Shown here piece by piece: positions 38,349 to 49,257 of a DNA stretch of 60,737 nt. The stretch is taken from the NCBI GenBank assembly GCA_015487615.1, contig WFPJ01000121.1, forward strand, positions 1-60,737, given 5' to 3'. This DNA comes from Aquificales bacterium. GTDB lineage: Bacteria > Aquificota > Aquificia > Aquificales > Aquificaceae. The position numbers and the translations under genes are program-made. The notes under the pieces are model-generated. The model ran no database searches, was not told the origin of the DNA, and saw only the letters and a list, made by a program, of their open reading frames with translations. Every line of letters starts with the position of its first letter. Positions within the stretch are counted from its first letter, which is position 1.

Positions 38349-39061
38349 TAAGGGTGATAATTTTACTTGTCTTACTTAAAGGGTTTACTCTGGGTTGTCC
38401 GAAGATTGTAAGCTTAGCTCCTTCCGTAACAGAGACTATTGAATATCTGGGTAAGGGTGAGTGTATAATAGCCACAACAGTCTATTCAAAGGACAGCAGG
38501 GAAAAGATTGGGGGTCTTGTTGATCCAGATGTTGAAAAGATAATAAGACTCAAACCCGATGTAGTAATATCCTCAACACTAACACCGCGGGACAAAATCA
38601 AAGCACTGAAAGGTGCGGGTATAAATGTAGTGGTTCTAAGATGGGATACGCTAAAGGATATAGAAGAGAATATAAGGGTTATAGGCAGGATACTCGGTGT
38701 AAAGGATGCGGAAGAGAAGGCTAGGCTATTCAGGAAAGCCTTAAGCTCTAAGGATAAGATAAAGGGAAGCGCACTTATATTTGTGGGTTGCAAGGAACTT
38801 ATAGTTGCGGGGAAGGGGACATACTTGTCAGATATTTTTGAGATAAAAGGGTTTAAAAATCTTGCCACACGCAAGGGTTGGTACAGGATAAATCTTGAGT
38901 ATATATACAATGTCAAACCCGATTTCATATTCACCTTCTGTGATCTTAACATTAAATTGCCAGAGCATATTAAGGTAATAAGGATTACTTCAAACAGGTT
39001 GTTAAAGCCTTCTCCCCTTGTTATCTATGCTTTGGGAGAGATAGGGAGGATACGTAAGTGA
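38345..39061 (+). CDS. BtuF-like periplasmic cobalamin/siderophore-binding lipoprotein (class III SBP)
   Basis: Lipobox LKGFTLGC and the Peripla_BP_2 pattern (IVSLAPSVTE...KPDVVI...). TTG start with SD GGGGGTG 7 nt upstream. Confidence 0.7.
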   Translation: MVRVIILLVLLKGFTLGCPKIVSLAPSVTETIEYLGKGECIIATTVYSKDSREKIGGLVDPDVEKIIRLKPDVVISSTLTPRDKIKALKGAGINVVVLRWDTLKDIEENIRVIGRILGVKDAEEKARLFRKALSSKDKIKGSALIFVGCKELIVAGKGTYLSDIFEIKGFKNLATRKGWYRINLEYIYNVKPDFIFTFCDLNIKLPEHIKVIRITSNRLLKPSPLVIYALGEIGRIRK

Positions 39062-39945
39062 TTATTATCTTGATTCTGCTGGCGGTTTTGTTGTTTCTGC
39101 TTTTTACCTTTTACGGAAATCCTAACTCATACATAGTGGAAAACCTCAGGATACCCAGAAATACTATTGCCTTTCTATGTGGAGGCGGACTCGCTTTAAG
39201 CGGGGTAGTATATCAGACCGTACTTAAAAATCCCCTTGCGGAGCCTTATATACTCGGGGTTGCTGGGTTTATACTTTTGGGCTATACAATAGGTAAGCTT
39301 TTCAAGGTGGAGGAAATAGGGTTAGCCATATCTTCAGTTGTTGCAGTGCTGTCGGTCTTGTACATATCAAAAAGACTACCTCCCAAACACATGCTGTTGG
39401 TTGGTGTGGGTGTTAATGCCTTCAGCGTTTCCGCTGTATTAGTGCTTTACTCTTTACTTGACCCATACAGTCTGAAAGAATCTGTTACGAAGACGATAGG
39501 AGTTGTACCTTATGTAAGCATATGGGCTGTTTTTATTGTTTCGCTTATAACACTTCTTGTGTTCTTCCTACTTATGTTAAGATCAAGAAACCTTGATCTG
39601 CTTAGTGTAGGCGAACTTGAAGCGGTTTCCTTTGGTGTTAATCCTTTAAGGGAAAGGGTTGTTTCCCTTGGGTTAACAACTATTTTGACAGCCATATTTG
39701 TATCCCTTGTTGGCTTGGTGGGTTTCATAGGACTCGTTGTTCCGCATATTGTAAGATTTATTCACTCCTCGGTTCACTCAAGTGTACTCCCCCTTTCCTT
39801 CCTTACGGGAGGCATTATCTTCATGGGCTCAGATTTCCTTGCAAGGACGGTTATATACCCGGCGGAGATCCCAGCAGGTGTTTTCTCTTCCTTAATGCTT
39901 TCGCCCTTGTTTATCGGTGTGGTGTGGAGGTTAAGACATGATTGA
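39058..39945 (+). CDS. FecCD/BtuC-family ABC permease
   Basis: About 9-10 TM helices with a FecCD-like PRNTIAFLCGGGLALSG and a C-terminal PAGVFSSLMLSPLFI. Confidence 0.8.
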   Translation: MIIILILLAVLLFLLFTFYGNPNSYIVENLRIPRNTIAFLCGGGLALSGVVYQTVLKNPLAEPYILGVAGFILLGYTIGKLFKVEEIGLAISSVVAVLSVLYISKRLPPKHMLLVGVGVNAFSVSAVLVLYSLLDPYSLKESVTKTIGVVPYVSIWAVFIVSLITLLVFFLLMLRSRNLDLLSVGELEAVSFGVNPLRERVVSLGLTTILTAIFVSLVGLVGFIGLVVPHIVRFIHSSVHSSVLPLSFLTGGIIFMGSDFLARTVIYPAEIPAGVFSSLMLSPLFIGVVWRLRHD

Positions 39946-40615
39946 GGTTTACAATTTGTGTGTAAAAAAGGGTAATAAGGAGATATTGAAGGGTGTGTCA
40001 ATGGAAGTGGACAAGAGCGAGGCTGTAGTCCTTATAGGGGAAAATGGTTCTGGTAAGACTACTCTCATAAGGGCTATAAGTGGGCTTGAAGATTATAAGG
40101 GTGAAATATACATAGACGGCTTTGAGCCTGAAAAAGGGGGAAGTGAGAAAATATCTGTCTTAAGTCAAGACTTTAACCCAGTTGGATATTTGAAGGTTTC
40201 GGAAATTATGGGATTTTGTGATTTTATAGATGAGGAGATTATTAAGGAATTAGGTTTGAATGCTTTGTTCAATAGCAGAGTGGGAAATCTTTCCGGCGGG
40301 GAGAGAAGGAGGGTGGGTATAGGCTTTGCTCTTATGAATGATCGTCCTTACATAATTCTGGATGAGCCTACCGCCAACCTTGATATATCCTACATAAACA
40401 GGCTTATAAACCTTCTCAGAAGGAAGGTTGAAGAGGGTAAAGGATTATTAATAGCTACTCACGATATCCTCTTTGCAAGGGAAGTAGGAGACAGGTTTGT
40501 ATTTTTGAGGGACGGTAAGGTTTTATATACGACGAATGAGGAAGGCTTTAACTATGCTTGCACAAAGGTTTTCGGAACGAATATGTACACGGAGGTAATG
40601 AAGAGGTGCGTATAG
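39938..40615 (+). CDS. ABC transporter ATP-binding protein (BtuD/FepC-like)
   Basis: Walker A GENGSGKTT, LSGGERRR, ILDEPTANLD. Confidence 0.8.
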   Translation: MIEVYNLCVKKGNKEILKGVSMEVDKSEAVVLIGENGSGKTTLIRAISGLEDYKGEIYIDGFEPEKGGSEKISVLSQDFNPVGYLKVSEIMGFCDFIDEEIIKELGLNALFNSRVGNLSGGERRRVGIGFALMNDRPYIILDEPTANLDISYINRLINLLRRKVEEGKGLLIATHDILFAREVGDRFVFLRDGKVLYTTNEEGFNYACTKVFGTNMYTEVMKRCV

Positions 40616-41364
40616 TCTGCCTTGCGCCCGAGATAATACCCATAATAAATGATTTGAATGCTATAAACAGTGTTGTCGGTGGTGTTTATTACGGGGGAAA
40701 ATGGAAGTTTAAAAGAGTTGGTACATATATAAAGTGTGATAGAGAGGAGATAAGGGCTTTAAAGCCGGATATCATATTCACTTCAACCTACGTACAGTCA
40801 CACATGGCGAGGGAGCTTGCCTCCGAAGGGTTTAATGTTGTCCATTTTAATCCTTTATCCTTGAGTGATATTCCCTTAACGATAAAAACTGTGGGTGAAA
40901 TCATAGGGAGAATAAGGGAAGCGGAGGTGATAATAAATAATTGGTATGATACCCTTGAGGAGATAAGTAGTATGTCCGCGGATGTGGGCGGAGTAAGGGT
41001 TTATTTTGAGGAATGGGATGATCCTCCCATATCGTGCGTAAGGTGGGTGTCCGAGGGTATTGAACTTGCGGGAGGTGTTGATATATTCAGAGATCTAAGG
41101 AAGGAAAAAGCTGAGGATAGGGTTGTTAATGTAAGGGAGGTGGTAAGGAGAAAACCGGAGGTGATATTTGTCTCTTGGTGTGGTAAAAGATTTAAAAAGG
41201 AGAAGATTATGAAAAGGGAAGGTTGGGAAGATATACCTGCGGTAAAGGAGGGCAGAATTTTCAGAATAGAGCCTGAATATATATTGCAACCCAATCACAA
41301 AGTCTTGATAGGAATTAAAAAGATTCAAAGGGTTTTAATGGAGGTTAGCCATGCTTGTTGTTAA
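40606..41364 (+). CDS. Second BtuF-like (class III SBP fold) protein with no signal peptide
   Basis: It begins [14 protein letters not shown] (GTG 40606, SD GGAGG 40591-40595) with no hydrophobic leader. It has KPDIIFTS and EVIFVSWCG blocks and overlaps both btuD and nrdA. Confidence 0.55.
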   Translation: MRIVCLAPEIIPIINDLNAINSVVGGVYYGGKWKFKRVGTYIKCDREEIRALKPDIIFTSTYVQSHMARELASEGFNVVHFNPLSLSDIPLTIKTVGEIIGRIREAEVIINNWYDTLEEISSMSADVGGVRVYFEEWDDPPISCVRWVSEGIELAGGVDIFRDLRKEKAEDRVVNVREVVRRKPEVIFVSWCGKRFKKEKIMKREGWEDIPAVKEGRIFRIEPEYILQPNHKVLIGIKKIQRVLMEVSHACC

Positions 41365-43648
41365 GAGGGGCGGAAGGCTTGAGGAACTGGATATAAACAA
41401 GATAAGGGTAGTCCTTCAGTTTGCATGCAAAGGTCTTGATGTTGATCCATTAGAGCTTGAGGCAGATGCACATATACAGTTCAAGGACGGTATAACAACT
41501 GAAGAGATACAACAGCTTCTTATAAGGACTGCAGCGGAAAAGATATCACCTGAAAAGACGGATTGGCAGTATGTGGCTGCCAGATTGCTCGTTTACGATC
41601 TGTACAAAAAGGTATCAAGGGTAAGAGGATACGCTATTAAGGAGTCAGACGGCACCTTCCAGCCTTATGACAAGGGCGGATTTTATGAGTTTATTAAAAA
41701 ATATGTAGAAAAAGGTATATACGGGGAATATCTTTTGGAGAAATATAAAGAGGATGAGATAAGAAGGTTGGGCGAAGCCATTCAAGAGGATAGGGATCTT
41801 CTTTTCAACTATACGGGTTTGAAGGTTTTAACGGACAGGTACCTCGTTAGAGATGAGGACGGAAGGATAATTGAGCTTCCCCAAGAGATGTATATGCTAA
41901 TTGCCATGACAATAGCCATCCCTGAAGGAGAAAGAAAGGTTGAGTACGCTTTAAAGTTTTACGATCTCCTTTCACAGCATAAAGTTTCCCTTGCCACGCC
42001 GACCCTTATGAATGCGAGAAGACCCCATACACAGCTTTCAAGCTGTTTTGTTCTGACAGTTGAGGACGACCTATATGACATATTTGATAACATTCAAAAG
42101 GCTGCACAGATTTCCAAGTTTGCAGGAGGGCTTGGTATATACCTCGGTAAAATAAGGGCATCAGGTGCTCCTATAAGGAAATTCAAAGGGGCCTCATCCG
42201 GTGTTATACCGGTTATAAGGGTTATAAATGATGTTATGACCTATGTGGATCAGCTAGGCATGAGGAAAGGGAGTGCATCAATTACCCTTGATATATGGCA
42301 TAAGGATATCCTTGATTTCCTTGAGGTAAAGACAAACACTGGAGACGAAAGAAAAAAGGCCCACGATATACATCCAGCTGTAAGCATACCGGACATATTT
42401 ATGAAGAGGTTGAAGAAGAGAGAAAAATGGACCCTATTTGATCCCTATTACACGAAGGGTGTGAAGGACGGCAAAAACCTTGAAGACTTTTATGGTGATG
42501 AATTTGAGGAGCTTTATATCAAGCTGGAGAAGGAGGTTCCCCCTGAGGCAAAAAGGGAGGTTGATGCCTTTGAGTTGTGGAAGAGACTTATAACAGTAGC
42601 CTTTGAAACGGGCGAACCCTATGTATTCTTCAGGGATACCGCAAACAGGTTAAATCCCAATAAGCATGCGGGAATGGTTTATTCAAGCAACCTCTGTATG
42701 GAGATAGTACAGAACATGTCTCCTACAGTTCAGGAAGGTTGTGAGCTTGACAAAAATACGGGAGAAATAGTATGCAGGAAGAAGGCAGGTGATGTAGTCG
42801 TTTGTAATTTAGGGTCCGTTAACCTAGGAAAGGTACATACGGAGGAAGAGATAAGCAAAACCTTGCCCCTTCTTGTCAGAATGCTTGACAATGTAATAGA
42901 GCTTAACTACTACGCTGTTCCAGAGGCGGAATATACAAACAAGCGCTACAGGGCAATAGGTATAGGTGTTTCAAATTATCATTATTGCCTTGTTAAACAT
43001 GGTATAAGGTGGGAATCGGAGGATCATCTTAAATTTGCTGACAGACTCTTTGAGCTTATAGCCTTCTATGCGCTGAAGGGAAGTCTTGAGCTTGCTAAGG
43101 AGAGGGGCAAGTATTCTCTATTTGACGGTTCTGATTGGAGTAAGGGTATATTCTTTGGAAGATCTATTGATGATATAGAGAAGGATAGCGAAAGGAACGG
43201 AAACAATCTTCCGTGGAGGGAGCTTTATGAGGAAATAAAGGAGAGCGGTATAAGAAACGCCTACCTGCTTGCCCTTATGCCTACAGGTTCAACATCCCTA
43301 ATAATCGGGGCGACTCCTTCAGTTGATCCCATCTTTGCCAAGTACTATAAAGAAGAGAATATGAGTGGTATACTTCCTCAGGTTCCTCCAGAGGTTGACA
43401 GATTCTTCTGGCACTACAAATCCGCCTATCTTATAGATCAAAGGTGGAGTATTGAAGCTGCTGCGGTAAGACAAAAATGGATAGATCAATCCCAATCACT
43501 TAATCTTTTCATAGATCCTGAAAATATAGATGGTCCCACCCTTGCAGGCCTTTATGAGCTTGCATGGGAGAGGGGCCTAAAGACAGTTTATTATTTAAGA
43601 TCAAAGTCAAAAACTGAAGTGGAGGAGTGTGAGTCATGCTCGACCTGA
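41351..43648 (+). CDS. nrdA: Class I ribonucleotide reductase alpha subunit
   Basis: ATP-cone [16 protein letters not shown], active-site LSSCFVL and SSNLCMEI, and a C-terminal redox pair CESC. 765 aa with no intein-sized insertion. Confidence 0.95.
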   Translation: MLVVKRGGRLEELDINKIRVVLQFACKGLDVDPLELEADAHIQFKDGITTEEIQQLLIRTAAEKISPEKTDWQYVAARLLVYDLYKKVSRVRGYAIKESDGTFQPYDKGGFYEFIKKYVEKGIYGEYLLEKYKEDEIRRLGEAIQEDRDLLFNYTGLKVLTDRYLVRDEDGRIIELPQEMYMLIAMTIAIPEGERKVEYALKFYDLLSQHKVSLATPTLMNARRPHTQLSSCFVLTVEDDLYDIFDNIQKAAQISKFAGGLGIYLGKIRASGAPIRKFKGASSGVIPVIRVINDVMTYVDQLGMRKGSASITLDIWHKDILDFLEVKTNTGDERKKAHDIHPAVSIPDIFMKRLKKREKWTLFDPYYTKGVKDGKNLEDFYGDEFEELYIKLEKEVPPEAKREVDAFELWKRLITVAFETGEPYVFFRDTANRLNPNKHAGMVYSSNLCMEIVQNMSPTVQEGCELDKNTGEIVCRKKAGDVVVCNLGSVNLGKVHTEEEISKTLPLLVRMLDNVIELNYYAVPEAEYTNKRYRAIGIGVSNYHYCLVKHGIRWESEDHLKFADRLFELIAFYALKGSLELAKERGKYSLFDGSDWSKGIFFGRSIDDIEKDSERNGNNLPWRELYEEIKESGIRNAYLLALMPTGSTSLIIGATPSVDPIFAKYYKEENMSGILPQVPPEVDRFFWHYKSAYLIDQRWSIEAAAVRQKWIDQSQSLNLFIDPENIDGPTLAGLYELAWERGLKTVYYLRSKSKTEVEECESCST

Positions 43649-44676
43649 TGACAAGGAAAAGGATTTTTAATCCGGAAGGTGACAGAGAGGTTGACAAGAG
43701 AAAGGTAATAGGCGGTAACCCCACGAACATAATAGAGCTTAACAATGTGAAGTACAGATGGGCTTATGACCTTTACAGGACAATGGGTATTTCTAACTTC
43801 TGGATACCAGATGAGATAGCCATGATGGAAGATAAAAAGCAGTACGAAAGCCTCCTGTCACCTTATGAAAAGAGAGCTTACGAACTTGTTCTTTCCTTCC
43901 TTATAGCCCTTGACTCCTTTCAGGTTGACATGCTAAAGGAGTTTGGAAGATACTTTACCGCACCTGAAGTGGTTATGTCCGTTACCGCCCAGGAGTTTCA
44001 AGAGTCAATACATGCTTACTCTTATCAATACATACTTGAAAGCGTTGTTGATCCTGTTAAAGCAGACGAGGTTTACAACTACTGGAGGGAAGACGAAAAG
44101 TTGCTTGAAAGGAACAGTGTTATAGCGGAGGTTTATAATAACTTTATAGAAAAACCCACAGAAGAAAACTTTATAAAAGCAATTTTCGGCAATTATGTAT
44201 TGGAAAGTCTTTACTTTTATTCGGGCTTTGCCATATTCTACACCCTCGGAAGACAAGGAAAGATGACGAACACTGTTCAGCAGATAAAGTACATAAACAG
44301 GGATGAGCTTACCCATGTGACCCTCTTCAGAAACATTATCCATTCTGTAAAAGAGGAGAATCCAGATTTCTTTCCTCCGGAAATGATAAACTGGATATAT
44401 GAGTTCTTTAAATTTGCCACATATAAGGAGATAGAGTGGGGCAAGTATGTTACGGGGGGTCAGATATTGGGTATAAATGACATACTTATAGAGAGATACA
44501 TAAAGTATTTGTGCAATTTGAGACTGACACAGATAGGGTTGGATCCTTTGTTTCCCGAGATAACTGACAATCCCATGAAGTGGATAGATGAATTCAGAAA
44601 AATAAACAATACAAAGACAGATTTCTTCCAGAGGAAACCGCAGACTTATTCAAAAGCAAGTGAATTAAAATGGTGA
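43636..44676 (+). CDS. nrdB: Class I ribonucleotide reductase beta subunit (di-metal / tyrosyl radical)
   Basis: Ferritin-like ligands [14 protein letters not shown] (ExxH with Tyr at +7), ESLYFYSGF and RDELTH. Confidence 0.9.
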   Translation: MLDLMTRKRIFNPEGDREVDKRKVIGGNPTNIIELNNVKYRWAYDLYRTMGISNFWIPDEIAMMEDKKQYESLLSPYEKRAYELVLSFLIALDSFQVDMLKEFGRYFTAPEVVMSVTAQEFQESIHAYSYQYILESVVDPVKADEVYNYWREDEKLLERNSVIAEVYNNFIEKPTEENFIKAIFGNYVLESLYFYSGFAIFYTLGRQGKMTNTVQQIKYINRDELTHVTLFRNIIHSVKEENPDFFPPEMINWIYEFFKFATYKEIEWGKYVTGGQILGINDILIERYIKYLCNLRLTQIGLDPLFPEITDNPMKWIDEFRKINNTKTDFFQRKPQTYSKASELKW

Positions 44677-46499
44677 GCATGAAAAGACTTTTAATTCTAG
44701 TAGGACTGGGTTTGGGCTTTATAAGGGCGCAGGATCTTGAGCTTAAAAGTGTTGAAGTAAGGGCTTCACGCCTCAGGGAAGTTGCAACCCAGGGAACTGG
44801 GGACATGATCATTATGGACAAAAGGGAAATGGAGAAAAAAAGTGTTACAAGTATCTATGAATCCCTATTTGATGAAATTGGAATAGATGGGGTCAGGACA
44901 GGGCTTTTTGGTGCACAATCAAGCATTTATATAAGAGGTGGAAGAAGCAGTCATGTCCTTTTTATGTTTGAAGGTGTACCCCTTAATGATCCTGTCGGTC
45001 TCGGAACGTCTCAGTTTAGCAGGGTACCGCCTATCCTTGACAGGATGGAGATACTGAAGGGACCTCAGAGTGTATTATACGGTTCGGATGCAATGAGCGG
45101 GCTTATTTATCTTAGTCTTGACAGGGGAAGGGGTAAACCCGAGCTTACCCTTGATTTTATGTACGGTGAAAGGGATACCTTCAGAACTATGATAGGCTAC
45201 AAGGGTTCTTTTGACAGAATCCATTTCAATATACAGGGTTCTTTAATAAACACAAAAAATTACGACTTTACAAGAAAAAACGATTCTGCAGATGATGTTG
45301 ATTTTTATGGTAACTCTTCTCTGGCCTTTAAGGTGGGTTATGTATGGGACAGAGCTATCCTTGATGTGTTCTTTCTCGGTTATGATGGAAGACTTAACTT
45401 TGACAACTGTGCTGGCAGAATAGATGCTAAATGTATAGAGAATTCACTTATGAATTCCGGCGGTGTTAAGATAAGCCTTTATCCATTAAATAATTACAAT
45501 ATAAAATTCACCATAGGTAGGAGTGATACGGAGAGAGTATATTCTGGGGATGCTTCCTCCTTCGGAAGGTATAGGGGGCTTGTTTTCTATTCTGACATTG
45601 ATAATTACATTAAATTCAAGAAATTTGCCCTCTCTTTTGGTGGTACGATGAAGGAAGAGGCAGGAGAAACAAGTACAATTCCTGTAACACGCTTCAGAAC
45701 TAATTCTGTTTATTCAAACATTCTTTTTAGACCTATCAGATACTGGAATATTGAAGGTGGTATAAGATTTAATGACTCGGATACCTTTGAAGACAGAACT
45801 GTTTATAAAGCTGGTACATCCTTTTATATAAGACCTCTCAATGTTATCTTCTACGGAAGCTATGCAACAGCCTACAGGACACCCAACATTTTTGAATATA
45901 CCTACGGTAATACAGAGGGATTGAAACCCGAAGAGAGTGCGGGCTATCAGGCGGGTTTGAAGGGAAGATGGTGCAGGTTGTTTGCAGGTTTTGGTATATA
46001 CGAAACTTTTTACAGAAACCTAATAGATTATGATAGTAATACTTTTTCTTATATAAATCTCGGAGAGGCGAGGGCGGAAGGTAAGGAAGTATATATGGGT
46101 GTTTATATAACAAGATCTCTTACTGCAAGGGCGTTTTTTAATGACACATATTCCTACTGTATAACAGGGTGTGGATATCTTTCACCAAAAGAACAAGTTC
46201 CTCGGATACCGAAGGAAAAATGGGGTTTTGTGCTAAGAGGTACTTTAGGAAATCTTGATACAAACCTTAGCTTTGTAAGGACAGGGAAAAGAAAGGATGT
46301 TACATATGAAGGCGGTCAACCTTCCCTTGTGGAACTTGAGGGATACAGTTTATTGAACGCATACGTAGGTTACAAGGTGGGCGGTAAATATAAACTTTAT
46401 GTATACGGTATAAATCTTTTGAATGAGGATTATGAGGAGGTTTACGGTTATAATGTGCTAAGAAGATCTATATACGCGGGAGTGGAGGTTATCTATTAA
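44670..46499 (+). CDS. TonB-dependent outer-membrane receptor (BtuB-like by context)
   Basis: Signal peptide, plug domain (DRMEILKGPQSVLYGSDAMSG), a long beta-barrel and an aromatic C-terminus. It overlaps the nrdB stop. Confidence 0.85.
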   Translation: MVSMKRLLILVGLGLGFIRAQDLELKSVEVRASRLREVATQGTGDMIIMDKREMEKKSVTSIYESLFDEIGIDGVRTGLFGAQSSIYIRGGRSSHVLFMFEGVPLNDPVGLGTSQFSRVPPILDRMEILKGPQSVLYGSDAMSGLIYLSLDRGRGKPELTLDFMYGERDTFRTMIGYKGSFDRIHFNIQGSLINTKNYDFTRKNDSADDVDFYGNSSLAFKVGYVWDRAILDVFFLGYDGRLNFDNCAGRIDAKCIENSLMNSGGVKISLYPLNNYNIKFTIGRSDTERVYSGDASSFGRYRGLVFYSDIDNYIKFKKFALSFGGTMKEEAGETSTIPVTRFRTNSVYSNILFRPIRYWNIEGGIRFNDSDTFEDRTVYKAGTSFYIRPLNVIFYGSYATAYRTPNIFEYTYGNTEGLKPEESAGYQAGLKGRWCRLFAGFGIYETFYRNLIDYDSNTFSYINLGEARAEGKEVYMGVYITRSLTARAFFNDTYSYCITGCGYLSPKEQVPRIPKEKWGFVLRGTLGNLDTNLSFVRTGKRKDVTYEGGQPSLVELEGYSLLNAYVGYKVGGKYKLYVYGINLLNEDYEEVYGYNVLRRSIYAGVEVIY

Positions 46500-47155
46500 T
46501 GGGGGATCTTAAAAATAAAGCCCTTGCTGTTATAGATGCGTTGAAAAATATCTATAAAGATCCGAAGCTTGAACTTGAATACAGTAACCCATTTGAGTTG
46601 CTTGTGGAAGCCATATTAGCAGCTCAGGAGTCGGATAAAAAGGTTAACGCGGTTATGAAAGAGTTTTTTAAAAAATATAAAGGACCTATGGATATAGCAA
46701 GTGCGCCTTTGGAAGATCTGGAGAGGGATCTAAGCTCTATAAATTTCTATCGCAGGAAGGCTAAGTTGTTAAAGAGTTGTTGCTCAGCACTTATAGAACT
46801 TTTTGGCGGTAAAGTACCATCAAAGGTTGAGGACCTTATAAAGCTTCCGGGCGTAGGTAGGAAAACCGCAAATATGATAGTGGGCGGTGCTTTCGGGAAA
46901 CCTGCAATAATAGTTGACAGGCATGTTATGAGAGTATCCCAACGTATAGGTTTTACTACGCAGAAAGATCCAGATAAGATAGAAATGGAATTGAGGGAGA
47001 TAGTTCCAGAAGACAAATGGACATTATTCTCCCTGCTACTTCTTAATCACGGGAAGACCATATGTACTGCCAAAGATCCAAAGTGTGGTGAGTGTACTGT
47101 ATCAAAGGAGTGTGATTACTACAATCAATCTGTTTTGAATCATAATAAGGATTAA
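46499..47155 (+). CDS. nth: Endonuclease III (DNA glycosylase/AP lyase)
   Basis: HhH LPGVGRKTAN, catalytic-region VDRHV, and a [4Fe-4S] loop C-x6-C-x2-C-x5-C. TAATG-coupled to the receptor gene. Confidence 0.9.
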   Translation: MGDLKNKALAVIDALKNIYKDPKLELEYSNPFELLVEAILAAQESDKKVNAVMKEFFKKYKGPMDIASAPLEDLERDLSSINFYRRKAKLLKSCCSALIELFGGKVPSKVEDLIKLPGVGRKTANMIVGGAFGKPAIIVDRHVMRVSQRIGFTTQKDPDKIEMELREIVPEDKWTLFSLLLLNHGKTICTAKDPKCGECTVSKECDYYNQSVLNHNKD

Positions 47156-47192
47156 ATCAAATAATAATATTTTTAATAGGCAATTTTTTTAT

Positions 47193-47198
47193 TATAAT
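47193..47198 (+). promoter_or_regulatory. Candidate -10 box upstream of the oxidoreductase operon
   Basis: TATAAT in an AT-rich 75-nt gap. SD TAGGAGG (47217-47223) precedes ATG 47231. Confidence 0.3.
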
Positions 47199-47230
47199 AA
47201 TAAGCCCCATCCTTTTTAGGAGGCGCTGTA

Positions 47231-47473
47231 ATGTACTATGTTGCAAGGGTTATAAATGAAGAGTGTTCCAAGTACAACTGTAAACAGTGTACACTTTTTT
47301 GCCCGGAACCCAATACTCTCATGTATAACGATGAGGAGCATCATGCCTATGTCATATATGAGAGGTGTAAAGGATGCGCCCTTTGTGTTTATGTATGCTC
47401 TGATTTGCTCAGAAGAAATTCAATAGAAATGGTTATGGCTGAAAGTTTAGAAGAAAAAGGTGTATCAAAGTAA
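47231..47473 (+). CDS. Small ferredoxin-like (2x[4Fe-4S]) subunit of 2-oxoacid:ferredoxin oxidoreductase
   Basis: 80 aa with Cys clusters C-x4-C-x2-C-x3-CP and C-x2-C-x2-C-x3-C. Confidence 0.75.
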   Translation: MYYVARVINEECSKYNCKQCTLFCPEPNTLMYNDEEHHAYVIYERCKGCALCVYVCSDLLRRNSIEMVMAESLEEKGVSK

Positions 47474-47488
47474 ACAGGAGGTTTGTTA

Positions 47489-48055
47489 ATGGCAACCCTT
47501 GGACCTTCACATTATTCACCTTATCCCGTGGCTGTTTATGAAAATATTTTACCGCCTCCGCCGGGTAAGGCTTTGCTCTTTACGGAAGTTGTTGATGAAG
47601 AAGTAGCCATGAGGGAAGCGGCAAAGGCTATGCTTACAAGGGAGAATCCTACCATATTCCCAGGACCTCAAGTTATATATGCATGGAATGAGGAGGCAAA
47701 GGAAAAAGCAAGGCTCATAAGAGAGCTTGCTGAAGTACTTGAAGCAAAGATAATTCCTATGGTTGATTACAGACCAAAGTACCCTAAGATAGATCCCGAG
47801 AAGGAAATAAACCCTAACCATCCCAATCTTACCATATGGCATAACAATATAAAGGCTTGCATATTTGTTGGGGTTCACTGTCATTATGCAAATGTTGCCC
47901 TAAAGATAATAAGGGCTGAAACGGATTGCTTTACTATAGCCCTGTGCAGTAACGCGGGGCATGAGGATGCGATGATAACCCTCAGGGATCAGCATGCGGA
48001 AGAGTTGAAAAAGTTTATTGAGATTGCTAAGGAAGTTAAGAAGGAGGTGAAGTGA
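47489..48055 (+). CDS. About 21 kDa extra subunit of five-subunit-type 2-oxoacid:ferredoxin oxidoreductase
   Basis: No motif recognised; assigned by position between the ferredoxin-like and alpha subunits, and by tight coupling (TGATG) to alpha. SD AGGAGG (47476-47481). Confidence 0.5.
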   Translation: MATLGPSHYSPYPVAVYENILPPPPGKALLFTEVVDEEVAMREAAKAMLTRENPTIFPGPQVIYAWNEEAKEKARLIRELAEVLEAKIIPMVDYRPKYPKIDPEKEINPNHPNLTIWHNNIKACIFVGVHCHYANVALKIIRAETDCFTIALCSNAGHEDAMITLRDQHAEELKKFIEIAKEVKKEVK

Positions 48056-49257
48056 TGCAAAAATTAGGCGAGGAACTTAGAAATAGAGCGGGTCAAAAGA
48101 TAGTTGACCCTGAATATCTTTTATTTGAGGCACCGAGGGAAAAGGTTTTTATGACGGGTTCGGAGGTGGTTAAGGAGGCAGTTAAGAGGGCTTCCGTTGA
48201 TGCTTCTGTTTCATATCCTATAACTCCGCAGTCGGAGGCTGCGCATCTTATAGGTGAGCTGTGGGTTGAGGGATATGTAGGTGTTTATTTCCGAGGTGAA
48301 TCAGAATTCGGCGTTATGTCGGAAATAGCAGGTTGTTCTATGGCAGGTGCAAGAACCATAACAACCACATCGGGACCGGGAACTTTAAGGGCTATGGAGA
48401 ACTTCCCTATGTGGGCTGGTTCAAGACTTCCCATACAGCTGGTTCTCATGGCAAGGGGTATAAATTCACCCCTTTCCATTCAGCCAGATGATCTTGAGGT
48501 TTCTTTCCTTCTTGATACTGGATGTATGGTATGGTATGCGGAGAACGCCCAGGAACTTTTTGATATGATACTGGCAGGATTTGTTGTAGCGGAACAGCCA
48601 GATGTTCATGTTCCTGTTATAAATGTCATAAACGGCTTCTTTATTTCTCATACAAGGGAAAGTGTTATGCTTCCTCCCGATGATATAGCCCTTCCTCCGT
48701 ACAATCCCTATAAGGCACCAATGCCTCCCATAGATATGGAAATGCCCCCGGGTAGATTCCTCAGGGATCCCTTTGTAATGAAATCAAACTACATCTCCTA
48801 TGCAACCCATACAAGTTGGCAGTTTGAGGTAAGAGCTGCTATAGAAAGGGCAAGGCCTTATATAAAGAAATACCTAGGTAGTCTTATAGAAGAATTCGGT
48901 GATCCAGAAGCTGATATAGTTCTTGTGTCAACTGGTACTGGAGCAGCTCAATCAAAGGAAGCTGTCAGATTATTGGAAGATGAGGGTGTTAAGGCCAGGG
49001 TGGTAAAGCTAAGAACTATAAGACCTTTCCCCATAAACGAATTAAGGCAGGCTGTAAAAAATGCTAAAGTTATATTTGTACCCGAATTTAATGTTGTTGG
49101 CTGGCTTGAAAGGGAAATAAGAAGATACCTTTACAAACATAGCGATGCGGAAATTATAGGAGGACCAAGGGTTGCTGGTGGTATGACCATGCCTCCCGAG
49201 ATAATAGTTAAGGATGTTTTAAATTATCTCGGTAAGGAGGTGAAACATGTCTATTAA
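48055..49257 (+). CDS. 2-oxoacid:ferredoxin oxidoreductase alpha subunit
   Basis: About 400 aa with the pattern AVKRASVDASVSYPITPQSE typical of POR/KOR alpha N-termini. Confidence 0.85.
   Translation: MQKLGEELRNRAGQKIVDPEYLLFEAPREKVFMTGSEVVKEAVKRASVDASVSYPITPQSEAAHLIGELWVEGYVGVYFRGESEFGVMSEIAGCSMAGARTITTTSGPGTLRAMENFPMWAGSRLPIQLVLMARGINSPLSIQPDDLEVSFLLDTGCMVWYAENAQELFDMILAGFVVAEQPDVHVPVINVINGFFISHTRESVMLPPDDIALPPYNPYKAPMPPIDMEMPPGRFLRDPFVMKSNYISYATHTSWQFEVRAAIERARPYIKKYLGSLIEEFGDPEADIVLVSTGTGAAQSKEAVRLLEDEGVKARVVKLRTIRPFPINELRQAVKNAKVIFVPEFNVVGWLEREIRRYLYKHSDAEIIGGPRVAGGMTMPPEIIVKDVLNYLGKEVKHVY

Noticed and set aside
41351-44676. I considered inteins or other insertions in nrdA or nrdB.
   Set aside because: The lengths (765 and 346 aa) and the contiguous conserved motifs leave no room for an intein-sized insert.
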